The position numbers were made by a program, and so were the translations under genes. This document shows, in pieces, positions 8,232-18,169 of a DNA stretch of 64,000 bases; positions within the stretch are counted from its first letter, which is position 1, and every line of letters starts with the position of its first letter. Source of the DNA: Bdellovibrionota bacterium. Its GTDB lineage: Bacteria; Bdellovibrionota_C; UBA2361; JBIKUX01. The DNA is taken from NCBI GenBank assembly GCA_044347345.1, contig JBIKUX010000003.1:1-64000 (forward strand), in the 5' to 3' direction. The notes under the pieces were generated by a model. It had not been told where the DNA came from, made no database searches, and was given only the letters and a program-made list of their open reading frames with translations.

Positions 8232-10988
8232 TTATGCGCCGTTTGTTGATGATGGTTTGTTAGCCTCTTCCTGTAGCAAGACCTCAACTAGAGGAAGATT
8301 CTGGGTTTGCTCTTTTGGAGTAAGCCACACAATATCACCTACTATAACTCCTGTAAGTTTAATATCATCAATGGCTAACTCAAGCACGGAGCGTTGTTGC
8401 TCTGAAGTGGTGATAGTAAGTTGTGCTACAGGCCATCTTAATGAGCGTTTTGCGGCAGTTTTTGCACCACGAATTTGCCCAAGCACAGAAATCACCGAAT
8501 TAAGTAGGTCAATATACTGCGAATCTAAAAATACGTCATAATCACCCTCTTTCGGCCACGACGAGCGATGTATAGAGTTCTGACCATCAGAATTATTATA
8601 CTGTCCTTGTGACCACAGATCTTCAGTTGTAAAAGGAAGAATCGGGGCTAAAAGTCGCAAAAAAGTTGAAAAAGATATTGCTAGAGTTGCTCTAGCAGAA
8701 GTTTGAGCAATTAATGCCGAATCTGTTAGTGAACCGATTGCTTGTTCTTGATCTTTTGAGGATTGGTTTAAGAAATTCCCACCACTATAAGCTCGACCTT
8801 TTAGGAGCTCTATCACGTTATCGCAAAAGTACCAAAACTCCTCTTCTATTTTTTGCAAGGCCGAAGCATAGTCGAATTTTTCGAGAAGAAGAGTTGCGTC
8901 TTTTATTAAAACTTTAAGCCTGTTGATATAAGATTTATCAAGAGCAGAAGAAACATCAGAAGCTGAAAGATTGTTTATGTGGTCTCCGCATTGAAGGAAA
9001 ACAAATTTGGCAGCGTTCTCCAATTTTGTAACAAGCTTCTGACCTATTTTGAATACCTTTTCATCTATCGCAGTGTCTGCTCCGAGACGACCGCGGGCAG
9101 CCCAGTAGCGAATGGCATCTGAAGAATATTGTTCAAGTAGATGTTCAGGAGTAACAACATTACCTTTTGATTTACTCATCTTTTTTCGGTCTGGATCTAG
9201 AATCCAGCCACTAATCGTGGCGTGTTTCCAAGGAATATCCTCTTCATGCAACCATGCTTTAAGAATTGTATAAAAAGCCCAAGTTCTTATAATGTCATGG
9301 CCTTGAGGTCGCATATCCATGGGAAATAGCTTTTTGTGGCGTTCTGGTTGTTCTTTCCAGTAGCTCATAATTTGAGGAGTGAGTGATGAGGTGGCCCAAG
9401 TGTCCATAACATCAAGCTCGGCTGTAAAACCGCCCGGTTTATTGCGGTCTGTATCATTATAACCGAAGGGCGTGTTACTGCCAGGATCGACTGGTAGTTG
9501 TTCAAAATTAGCAAAGATTGGACTTTGGTATTGGACTACACCCTGTGAGTCTATTGGATACCAAACTGGAAAAGGAACTCCAAAGTATCTCTGCCTACTT
9601 ATACACCAGTCTTGATTGAGCCCTTCTACCCAATGCTCGTATCTACTGCGCATATAATCAGGATGCCATTCAATTTTTTGTCCCTGACGAATTAGCTCAC
9701 TTTTTTTATCTAGGATTTTAACAAACCACTGGCGCGTAGGAATGAGCTCAAGCGGACGATCTCCCTTTTCGTAGAACTTCACAGAATGGGTAATAGGTCT
9801 TGGTTCTCCGACAAGTGCACAACCTTTTTCAGGTTGTCCAAGTAGTGCCTCTTGACTACTAAGAAGTTCCGCCATTTTTGCACGTGCCTTTAGCGAGGTT
9901 AACCCAATAATACCACTGTAATTTCTGGTGGCCTCCTCGGGTGCTATGCTATCAAATGGTGCTTCGCCGAAAGTAATTGGTTGAAGTTTTCCGTCGGTAT
10001 CTAAAACTTGTTTAAGTGGTAACTTCTCTGAACGCCAAAATTCCACGTCCATTAAGTCGCCAAAGGTGCAGACCATAAGAATACCAGTTCCTTTTTCAGG
10101 GTCAGCATGAGAGGCTGGTAAAATAGGAACTCGGGCGCCAAAGAGTGGTGTGATTGCAAATTTACCGAAAAGTTTTTGATAGCGAGCATCATCCGGATGA
10201 GCAACTACGCCAACGCAGGCTGCAAGAAGCTCTGGGCGAGTTGTTGCTATTGTGAGAGTATCTCCGCCTTCTATTTTAAAACGAATGTCAAAAAAATGAC
10301 CTGTTCGTTCTCGATCTTCGATTTCAGCTTGTGCTACAGCCGAAGAAAAGTCGATATCCCACATCGTTGGCGCGAAACTATGATAAATTGTACCCTTGGC
10401 TACAAGATCTAGAAAAGAAGCCTGAGAGGTACGTCTACAGTGTGAATCTATTGTCGCGTATTGCTGAGTCCAGTCTATGGAAAGACCAAGACGGCGCCAT
10501 AGTGCCTCAAAAATAGCTTCATCCTGTTTTGTTAGAACAGCACAAGCTTCAATAAAATTTTGCCGCGATACTTGTTGAGTTTCTGAAGCTTTCGAAGCGG
10601 GTTTCCAATTTGGATCGTACGGTAAGCTAGGTGTGCAGCGGATGTTATAATAGTTTTGAACTCGCCGCTCTGTAGCTAAGCCGTTATCATCCCAACCCAT
10701 CGGATAAAAAACATTTTTACCTCGCATGCGCTGAAATCGCGCTATTATGTCTGTATGTGTGTAGCTAAAGACATGACCTAGATGTAGGGAACCAGAGACG
10801 GTAGGCGGAGGGGTGTCAATAACAAAAGTTTTTTCTCTCGTTACTGTTGGATCCCACTTATAAATACCTGTAGCCTGCCACAAATCGGAAATTTTTTTCC
10901 ATGCAGGAATTTCGCTAGATGCGGGAGTGTCGTTGGATAACGCTGTAGAAGTTAACGCTGAAGAATCTGGTGTTTCTGTTTGTGACAT
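8232..10988 (-). CDS. valS: Valine--tRNA ligase (archaeal/actinobacterial type)
   Basis: IDTPPPTVSGSLHLGH (HIGH), DWCISRQRYFG, KMSKS, PQGHDIIRTWAFYT; no C-terminal coiled-coil arm. Confidence 0.95.
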   Translation of the reverse strand: MSQTETPDSSALTSTALSNDTPASSEIPAWKKISDLWQATGIYKWDPTVTREKTFVIDTPPPTVSGSLHLGHVFSYTHTDIIARFQRMRGKNVFYPMGWDDNGLATERRVQNYYNIRCTPSLPYDPNWKPASKASETQQVSRQNFIEACAVLTKQDEAIFEALWRRLGLSIDWTQQYATIDSHCRRTSQASFLDLVAKGTIYHSFAPTMWDIDFSSAVAQAEIEDRERTGHFFDIRFKIEGGDTLTIATTRPELLAACVGVVAHPDDARYQKLFGKFAITPLFGARVPILPASHADPEKGTGILMVCTFGDLMDVEFWRSEKLPLKQVLDTDGKLQPITFGEAPFDSIAPEEATRNYSGIIGLTSLKARAKMAELLSSQEALLGQPEKGCALVGEPRPITHSVKFYEKGDRPLELIPTRQWFVKILDKKSELIRQGQKIEWHPDYMRSRYEHWVEGLNQDWCISRQRYFGVPFPVWYPIDSQGVVQYQSPIFANFEQLPVDPGSNTPFGYNDTDRNKPGGFTAELDVMDTWATSSLTPQIMSYWKEQPERHKKLFPMDMRPQGHDIIRTWAFYTILKAWLHEEDIPWKHATISGWILDPDRKKMSKSKGNVVTPEHLLEQYSSDAIRYWAARGRLGADTAIDEKVFKIGQKLVTKLENAAKFVFLQCGDHINNLSASDVSSALDKSYINRLKVLIKDATLLLEKFDYASALQKIEEEFWYFCDNVIELLKGRAYSGGNFLNQSSKDQEQAIGSLTDSALIAQTSARATLAISFSTFLRLLAPILPFTTEDLWSQGQYNNSDGQNSIHRSSWPKEGDYDVFLDSQYIDLLNSVISVLGQIRGAKTAAKRSLRWPVAQLTITTSEQQRSVLELAIDDIKLTGVIVGDIVWLTPKEQTQNLPLVEVLLQEEANKPSSTNGA

Positions 10989-11197
10989 CTTACGCTCGAT
11001 TTAAGGGGCTAATAATGGAGGGGAAATCAATCTCAAACCTTATCAAAGCTTTCCTCCAGTCTGGAAGTAGACTAGCATAAACTTAACATGCTTTCATCGC
11101 GCGTAGTCATTTATTTTTTACCTGTTTAGACAGTAGTCCTGCCTCGGTTAAATGGACTCTAGACCTAGTTAAGTGAAGAAATGGAGAAGGACATTCA

Positions 11198-12157
11198 ATG
11201 GAATACAAACGGTTAGGAAGATCCGGTCTCTGTGTCAGCGAGCTTTCTTTTGGGTCGTGGCTGACATTTGGAAAGCATCTAGATGTTCATGCCGCCAAGG
11301 AGTGTATGAAATATGCTTTTGATATGGGGGTAAACTTCTTTGATAACGCTGAGGTTTACGGTAAAGGTCAGGCTGAAGAGGTCATGGGTCACGTACTGTC
11401 TACGTTTAGACGTGAAGAGGTTGTAATATCAACTAAGATATTTTGGGGAGGTGAATCTCCTAATGAAAAAGGGCTATCCCGAAAACATCTCATTGAGGGC
11501 ACTAGAGCCTCTCTTAAAAGGTTAGGTTTGCAGTATGTTGATGTATTATTTTGTCATCGTCCGGATTTTGATACCCCAGTTGAAGAGACTGTGCGTGCAG
11601 TAGATTTTTTGATGAAGAATGGCGAGGTTTTATATTGGGGTACTTCGGAGTGGCCAGTTGAAAGGTTAGAAGAGGCTTTTACCATCGCGAAAGAACTTGG
11701 ATGTGCCGCTCCTATAGCTGAACAACCTCAATATAATCTTTTTATTCGAGAGCGAGTAGAAGAGGAATATGCCCCTCTTTATGAGAAATACGGCCTAGGA
11801 ACTACCACCTGGAGTCCGTTAGCTTCTGGAATTTTAACTGGTAAGTACAGTCAAGGTATACCTGAAGGGAGTCGTCTTGCAGAGCACGTTTGGTTAAGGG
11901 ACAAATTAACTCCTCAGGTGCACGAGTGTGTTAACGAACTTTCAAATCTAGCCGGAAGTCTGGGTGTATCTTTAGCTCAAATGAGTATCGCTTGGTGTTT
12001 AAAAAATCAAAACGTAACGACTGTTCTTCTGGGAGCTTCTTCCAAGGAGCAATTGGCTCATAATTTAGCTAGTTTGGAGATTAAGAGTAAGCTTGACAGG
12101 GAGGTTATGGCTGAGATTAAACGTGTATCAAATCAATGCTTTAGTGTCTGTGCTTAA
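11198..12157 (+). CDS. Aldo/keto reductase, Kv-beta-like subfamily
   Basis: LGRSGLCVSELSFGSW, FFDNAEVY, STKIFWGG, YWGTSEW, EQPQYN, WSPLASGILTGKY. Confidence 0.92.
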   Translation: MEYKRLGRSGLCVSELSFGSWLTFGKHLDVHAAKECMKYAFDMGVNFFDNAEVYGKGQAEEVMGHVLSTFRREEVVISTKIFWGGESPNEKGLSRKHLIEGTRASLKRLGLQYVDVLFCHRPDFDTPVEETVRAVDFLMKNGEVLYWGTSEWPVERLEEAFTIAKELGCAAPIAEQPQYNLFIRERVEEEYAPLYEKYGLGTTTWSPLASGILTGKYSQGIPEGSRLAEHVWLRDKLTPQVHECVNELSNLAGSLGVSLAQMSIAWCLKNQNVTTVLLGASSKEQLAHNLASLEIKSKLDREVMAEIKRVSNQCFSVCA

Positions 12158-12184
12158 CAAATAAGGTACGGTTTAAGGGAGTGA

Positions 12185-12577
12185 ATGGTTAAGCACAGCT
12201 TCCCTGATAAGATTTGCGCCTCTTGTGGGCGTAGGTTTTCATGGCGCAAAAAATGGGCAAAATGTTGGGAAGATGTTAAGTACTGTTCCCAGGATTGTCG
12301 CGGCCGGAAAATCTTAGATGTAGATAAAGAATTAGAATCTTTGCTGATGAGGATAACTGCTGAATTAGGTTGTAGAGCTTCTGTGTGCCCTGCTGTCGTG
12401 GCTCGTAGTTATTGCCCCGATGAAGATAATTGGCGAAAATTTTTAGAGCCTGTTTGTAGAGCTGCTAATCGGCTTGTGGCGCAAGGACTGTTAGAAATCG
12501 TTCAAGATGGTAAAGCTGTGTTGCCAACGGCTACTGTCAGGGGGGCAATTAGAATGCGTCAGAAGAGGAGAGGTTAA
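12185..12577 (+). CDS. DUF2256 + DUF3253-like zinc-binding protein
   Basis: KICASCGRRFSWRKKWAKCWEDVKYCSQDC followed by SVCP...AANRLVAQG...Q.G. Confidence 0.75.
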   Translation: MVKHSFPDKICASCGRRFSWRKKWAKCWEDVKYCSQDCRGRKILDVDKELESLLMRITAELGCRASVCPAVVARSYCPDEDNWRKFLEPVCRAANRLVAQGLLEIVQDGKAVLPTATVRGAIRMRQKRRG

Positions 12578-12636
12578 TTACATAGGGGAGCATAATAGGC
12601 TGAGTGAAGTTTGGCTGAGATAAGAGGTAATCTCAC

Positions 12637-12737
12637 GTTCGGTAGTTACTATTATGTTCGGTAGTTACTATGCAGGTATTACGTAAAATTAAAGCTCTTA
12701 ACAAGATTGCACAGATGAGTAGATTGCACAGATGAGT
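12637..12737. repeat. Two intergenic tandem duplications (19-bp and 17-bp period)
   Basis: GTTCGGTAGTTACTAT at 12637 and 12656; AGATTGCACAGATGAGT at 12704 and 12721. Confidence 0.9.
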
Positions 12738-12754
12738 AAAAGGAAGTAACAGGT

Positions 12755-14938
12755 ATGACGACAGCATCCTCAGATGGCGATCGTTTAGTTAATCAAGATG
12801 AACCTTCAAAAAAGTCAAAGAGAATAGCAAAAACGCGGAAGGCTTCATCTCGATTAGAATCAAAAGAGATAAAAAAAATAAGTCAAAATAAGTTGTCAGA
12901 CTTTTTGGTTCAAGGAGACTATAGAAGTTTTTTTTCCTATCTTGAAAAAGAGCCAGAATCTGTAGTTTTGAGTAATGCTGACCTGCAACACTTAGTTGAG
13001 GGGGGCTTTTACTCTTTTGTGTCACAGCGCCCTGAAGTCGTAAATTGCCAATTAATAGGTTGGTTGTGTGACATATTTGGTGGGAAAGCTACTATTCCTA
13101 GAAGTAAGATTACGGAGGTTCGCAAGAAAGTATTATTTTGTATCGGGTCTCAAGTAGATTTAGTTAGTTTAGCTGAACAACAAGGCAACTATGCGAGTCT
13201 ACTCGCAGCTTACTACCTATTTCGCGTGTTGCCATCGACGGTGCTGCTTGAAGCTCGAAGTTTTATGTCTAGGGCTGCGCAAAACTACGAGGCAGGAGGA
13301 GATTACGAAAGCGCTACTCGGCTCAAGATGCGTTTAGCTAGTTTGGTAGGTATAGCTCCATTTCAGGATGAAATATCGGCTGATGGTATTTTAAAGTGTG
13401 TAATTGAATCTAAGGCATCTCAGCAATTAAAGATTGAGGCTGAGGTGCAACTCTTAGTCCGACAGGTACGGCTAGGGCTGAAATCAATTGGGATACTGAA
13501 AGAAAAGGTAAATGATTGGCACTCTCGAAGGAATGATTTTTCTAATATCGGATGGATTCAGTTTCTTCTAGCGGTAGGTGAAATTTTCATACTTTTTGGA
13601 ATTGAGGGAGGAGTGTCTTACGTTAGAGAAGCTGTTAACGAGGCTGAAAAGCTAGACTATGCAGCAGCTATATTTCAAGGATATTCAAAGATTGGCTCTT
13701 TTGCCCTTTCAAAGGGAGAAATTGTTCAGGCTAGGGAGGCTTTTAACTCTGCTCATAAGATAGCAGTGAATGTGGGATTTTTGCCGGGTGCGGCGTCATC
13801 ACTAGTTTCTCTTCTTCATTGTCATATTACGCAAGGTCGTAGTGACGAAGCACTGGCGATTGTCGCACAGATAAAAAAAGAGTATCTCCAGTCAGAGAGT
13901 AGTTTTAGCAATGTGGCTGTGGCGTTTTCATCAGCACTTCATCAACTGGGGATGATGACTGAATCTCTAGATTTGCTTCAAAGAGTTATTATTCACTTCC
14001 GTAAATTAGATGAAACAGCCTTGTTATCTCAGGCTCACTGGATCAGAGGTACAATATATACGAGCAATAGAGATTTTAAAAAAGCTAGACGCGAGTGTGA
14101 ACTAGCTATTGGATTAGATGAAGAGCGAGGTGATTTTGGGGGAGTTATAGACAAGCTACTAACGATGGTTCAGACAGAAGTTTCACAACTATCTTTAGTA
14201 GCTTCGGTAGCACAGGCTTCAGGTATAGAAAACACCACTTATTCTTCTGAAGAAAAAGTTAAGAGTCGAAGGAATCTTAAAAGGCCAGCCTTTGAAAATG
14301 CCACTAAGTTACTAGACCGGTGTAGAGCTCTAAAATCATTTGTAGCATCAGAAGAGCAAGTTTTTATATCTGCTAAAATTTTCCAAGTAGAAGGCGAAAT
14401 TTTGTTTCTCTCAGGTAAGCGTTTTGAAGCCCTTGTGCCGCTTAGGAAAGCGCGAGAAATCTTTGTAGCCAATAGTAGGTCTCTGGATGTTGCTAACATC
14501 GACGCAATGAGTGGGCTAGTAGCCTTAGAGATAGCTAAAAATGATACTTCTGAATATTTTGGAGAAGCCTATGAATCTTTTCAGCGCGCCCGTTTAGCTT
14601 TTCAATCTCTTGGTCTACATCAAGAAGTTTGGAAGATGCATATTTATTCGGTGTTAGCATTAGAAGGAGCTATGTTGCTTGTGAAAAAGGCCGAACAGCG
14701 CACTTCTCTTACCGGATTAGGAGATGACCATCTTGAGCGAGCATGGGGGGTGCTTAGCGCACTCGAAAGGCAGAGTATATTAAGTGGTTCTGGAAGCTTT
14801 TTTTTGAGTGCAAGTAAGCACCATGTTTTGAGTGTAGCTTTTGAGTTTGCCAAGACTCATTTAAAGGACAATGATGCCCGATTTCGCGTTTGGTCTGACA
14901 GAACTGCGAATATTGCAAAAAACGTCACTTTGCACTAA
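12755..14938 (+). CDS. TPR-like helical repeat protein
   Basis: 727-aa ORF with repeated A..G....A..... helical-pair patterns; no catalytic domain recognised. Confidence 0.7.
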   Translation: MTTASSDGDRLVNQDEPSKKSKRIAKTRKASSRLESKEIKKISQNKLSDFLVQGDYRSFFSYLEKEPESVVLSNADLQHLVEGGFYSFVSQRPEVVNCQLIGWLCDIFGGKATIPRSKITEVRKKVLFCIGSQVDLVSLAEQQGNYASLLAAYYLFRVLPSTVLLEARSFMSRAAQNYEAGGDYESATRLKMRLASLVGIAPFQDEISADGILKCVIESKASQQLKIEAEVQLLVRQVRLGLKSIGILKEKVNDWHSRRNDFSNIGWIQFLLAVGEIFILFGIEGGVSYVREAVNEAEKLDYAAAIFQGYSKIGSFALSKGEIVQAREAFNSAHKIAVNVGFLPGAASSLVSLLHCHITQGRSDEALAIVAQIKKEYLQSESSFSNVAVAFSSALHQLGMMTESLDLLQRVIIHFRKLDETALLSQAHWIRGTIYTSNRDFKKARRECELAIGLDEERGDFGGVIDKLLTMVQTEVSQLSLVASVAQASGIENTTYSSEEKVKSRRNLKRPAFENATKLLDRCRALKSFVASEEQVFISAKIFQVEGEILFLSGKRFEALVPLRKAREIFVANSRSLDVANIDAMSGLVALEIAKNDTSEYFGEAYESFQRARLAFQSLGLHQEVWKMHIYSVLALEGAMLLVKKAEQRTSLTGLGDDHLERAWGVLSALERQSILSGSGSFFLSASKHHVLSVAFEFAKTHLKDNDARFRVWSDRTANIAKNVTLH

Positions 14939-15009
14939 CTCTCCGCTTTTTTATGGTTTATGGTGGTAAATTTGATGATCAGTTTTCTATAATTGCCATT
15001 AAAGTTAAG

Positions 15010-15540
15010 TTATTGAAGGCCTTCATTAGACCCACCCTTCACTGCTTTTTCTCGTGCATCATGTTGCCTTCGGTAACGACGGAGGACATGTATTCGCAAC
15101 AATCGAAATGCTATTAAAATTGTAAGGACTAAGCTGGTAGCTTCAATAGCAAGGATTGGCTGGTCAAACCCCACTGCCATACCAATACCAGCAGTTACCC
15201 AAAGAAGAGCCGCTGTGGTTAGCCCAGTAATGCGTTCTTCTGAGCGAAATATTACACCGGCTCCAAGAAACCCTATGCCGGATACTATCTGAGCTGCAAT
15301 TCTACCTGTCTCAAAACCTCCAAAGTTTGTTGCGCTATAAACCGATATTTTGCATATGAGACATGAACCGAGTGCTACTAAAGAAAAAGTTCGAAAAGTA
15401 GCATCTTTTTTTGCTGTTTCTCGCTCAAGACCAATTAAAGCACCGAGGAGAGCAGCTAAAGTTAGTGAAGTTAGTGTAGGGCTAATCGGCAAGTTCATTA
15501 TTTTTTGATGCGAGAGATAATCTATAAGAAAGCTATTCAT
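15010..15540 (-). CDS. MgtC/SapB family membrane protein
   Basis: LGALIGLERE, RTFSLVALGS, RIAAQIVSGIGFLGAGVI, GLTTAALLWVTAGIGMAVG. Confidence 0.92.
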   Translation of the reverse strand: MNSFLIDYLSHQKIMNLPISPTLTSLTLAALLGALIGLERETAKKDATFRTFSLVALGSCLICKISVYSATNFGGFETGRIAAQIVSGIGFLGAGVIFRSEERITGLTTAALLWVTAGIGMAVGFDQPILAIEATSLVLTILIAFRLLRIHVLRRYRRQHDAREKAVKGGSNEGLQ

Positions 15541-15633
15541 ATAACTTTATCTAATTTGCTCCCACAATCCTGCGGAGTGTGGCATCTTTCTCCTTAGAAT
15601 AAATTTAGGTTAATTCGTAACTGCCCTTAAAAT

Positions 15634-16431
15634 ATGACGACAGTAGTTAAACTTTCGCCACGCGCTGGCCAATTTCGGATGCGGAACCCTTCCGAGTTGA
15701 AATTAACTTACAATCCTCCCACTCGTGTTAGACAGTCAGCGGCTAAGTTTAGATTAAATGTGCTTTTAGCATGGCCGGTGAGGCGGCTATATATAGAACA
15801 AGGTGCTGTAGAGCAGTTGCTTATTAAGCGATGTGAGGAGACTGAGCTTCCAATTGTTACTCATCGAGAGATTGTTCGTATATTTCACTCGTTATCTACA
15901 GAAATCATAAAGCGCTTAGAGAGTGAAGCATGTTTCAGCCAATTTAGAAAATTGCGAAACTTTCTGAGAGAATTACGTTTATTAAAAGATCGAGCTAATT
16001 GTGCTGTAGAGCATGCAAATGATGTTTGGTGCACGATTATACCTAAAGCTCGTTTATTAGTTTCAAGGATTGATATCTCTGTTTTAGGTGATCAACAAAC
16101 ATGGTTTGATGATGATGTAATAGCTGTGCTCAATGCCTCTATTTCTACGATTATTCAAGATGAGGATTCTCATGATACTTGGCCTTCCGTAACTCGTATC
16201 GCTACTCCATCTGCAAGACTGCGCCGAGCCTTACGCAAATTAGTTAGTATTTTGAATGAACGATGGAATAAAACGGGAATTCAAAGCTCTATTAATAAAG
16301 AGCTAAAAGATATTTCACAAAATAAAGAACTCGCGCAAAAATATCATTTTCCGTCCCTGCCTCGAGAGGATGCTTCCATCGATGTTTTATGGAAATGGCT
16401 TGACGAATATACAGCCCAAGCTACCAGATAG
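15634..16431 (+). CDS. Hypothetical protein
   Basis: 265-aa ORF filling the gap; no motif recognised. Confidence 0.6.
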   Translation: MTTVVKLSPRAGQFRMRNPSELKLTYNPPTRVRQSAAKFRLNVLLAWPVRRLYIEQGAVEQLLIKRCEETELPIVTHREIVRIFHSLSTEIIKRLESEACFSQFRKLRNFLRELRLLKDRANCAVEHANDVWCTIIPKARLLVSRIDISVLGDQQTWFDDDVIAVLNASISTIIQDEDSHDTWPSVTRIATPSARLRRALRKLVSILNERWNKTGIQSSINKELKDISQNKELAQKYHFPSLPREDASIDVLWKWLDEYTAQATR

Positions 16432-16531
16432 ATAAGAATAGCAAAAAGCAGAAATTTAGCGCAAAAGACTTACAATAGGAACATTTTTTTGTGACTAATC
16501 ACTATTAGAGCTAGCTTAATTTCTTTTGAGA

Positions 16532-17455
16532 CTAATTTGTACGTTGCAACTCCTCTTGAAGCGCTTTGATTAAGAGATCTTTTTCAGCTAATGATTTGTC
16601 TTTTTCAGCTAATGATTTGTCTTTTTCAGCTAATGATTTGTCTTTTTCGGCGATAAGATCCTCTTTTTCGGCGATAAGATCCTCTTTTTCGGCGATAAGT
16701 TTATCACGATTTGCTAATTCGCGCTCGAGATCTTGTAACCCCTCTAGATAATCGTCCTCAGCATCCATTATGTCCCGAACACTCTCTTCTCCAAATGCTT
16801 TTTGAAGTCGGCGAATTACCGGATGGTACTTCTCTGGAAAGTCTTCTTCTTTGATGTTTAGTATATGTTGGTTAGAAAGGGCGGCACTTTGGTCAAATAT
16901 ACCCAAAAGTTGTTCTAACTCAGATTGCCGTTTCGCTCGCAGGCGAGGTATCTGAATCACAAAACTATCGTGAGTTAAACTCTCAATAAAAGGTTCACGA
17001 TCTTTAATTTCCTGACCTGTGGTAATGTCGATGTATTGTCGATTAACCTTTATTAGAGGAGCATGAGCATATTCAAGGGGGTATCCTAGAAAGTAGATGC
17101 TTATAATTGGCGTAGCACGCTCCTTGCCGTTAATTTCATCGACGTAGCTGTTTGACCTATTTCGATACTGCTCACCAAGATAGCGTCGAAACCGCATAAT
17201 ATCGCCAGCAAATTTCGCCTTTTGAATCTCAATTAACACTAATTTCTGACCAGTTTCAGTCTTGATGACTGCACTAAAATCTACACGAAATACTGTAAGA
17301 TTGCGTTCTTTCAATTCAACAGTTTGTTCTTGAGGCCGTAGAGTAAGATTTACTATCTCTTCGCCAATGATAGTTGATAAAATCAATCGCGCAATCTTAC
17401 TGTCCTCGAGTAAGTATTTAAAGACGATATCGTATATTGGATTAGCTATTTGCAT
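16532..17455 (-). CDS. Rpn-like PD-(D/E)XK nuclease family protein with C-terminal heptad repeats
   Basis: NPIYDIVFKYL, RVDF, LIEIQK, RFRRYL; coiled-coil tail of (LIAEKED/SLAEKDK) repeats. Confidence 0.8.
   Translation of the reverse strand: MQIANPIYDIVFKYLLEDSKIARLILSTIIGEEIVNLTLRPQEQTVELKERNLTVFRVDFSAVIKTETGQKLVLIEIQKAKFAGDIMRFRRYLGEQYRNRSNSYVDEINGKERATPIISIYFLGYPLEYAHAPLIKVNRQYIDITTGQEIKDREPFIESLTHDSFVIQIPRLRAKRQSELEQLLGIFDQSAALSNQHILNIKEEDFPEKYHPVIRRLQKAFGEESVRDIMDAEDDYLEGLQDLERELANRDKLIAEKEDLIAEKEDLIAEKDKSLAEKDKSLAEKDKSLAEKDLLIKALQEELQRTN
16578..16699. repeat. 21-bp coding tandem repeat, about 6 units of two variants
   Basis: TCTTTTTCAGCTAATGATTTG x3, then TCTTTTTCGGCGATAAGATCC x about 3. 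Confidence 0.92.
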
Positions 17456-17860
17456 ATTTAAATAATAGAGAAACTGTTAATTTAGGCAAGAAGAGAATCA
17501 AGTCAAGATACGATAAATTTGAAAAATTAAAATATGTAGGGTTTACTACTTTAATTTAGGTTTTCCTTTGGTTTTTTCCTAAAGTAACAACTATTTAGGA
17601 TTGTAAATTATAAGAAAGGTTTTTTTCGGCTGTGCTGTACCAAAGACTTTTTAGTTTGCTCTATGGGCAAGAGAGTAGGGTAGGCGATTGATTAAGCTAA
17701 GATTGAGGGGCTGGTAATAATAAGTAACAGATAGCTCCACCAAGCAAATGCACCATTTATAGTTCGTATTTAATTTGGGTAGTTGTTACAGCTAACAGTA
17801 AGCTAACTTTTCGCCAGGAGTATTGCTAGGAGTAAGCATTAGAAGATTTGCTGTTGGGTG

Positions 17861-17911
17861 GTGCAGAGGTAAAAACTGTACAGAGGTAAAAACTGTGCAG
17901 AGGTAAAAACT
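17861..17911. repeat. 17-bp tandem repeat x3
   Basis: GTRCAGAGGTAAAAACT at 17861, 17878 and 17895. Confidence 0.92.
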
Positions 17912-18169
17912 TTAAGATCCTCCCTTTGAATAAGTCTGCTTTGGTACTTACCAATGAAACATCACTACTGAACGAAAGACTATTACATTAATGGAATATG
18001 ATGGTGCGATTAGTGATTTGACTTGCTTTGCAGTTTTCTCTTTTTGGGTAGATCCTTTATACAGAATTACCTGATTTTTTTGATCTATGTTTTAATATTC
18101 CCCAAGTATCGTGTCGTTTTATAAATATAAAGTGAGCTTTGTTATCATTTTATTTAATTAACATGACTT

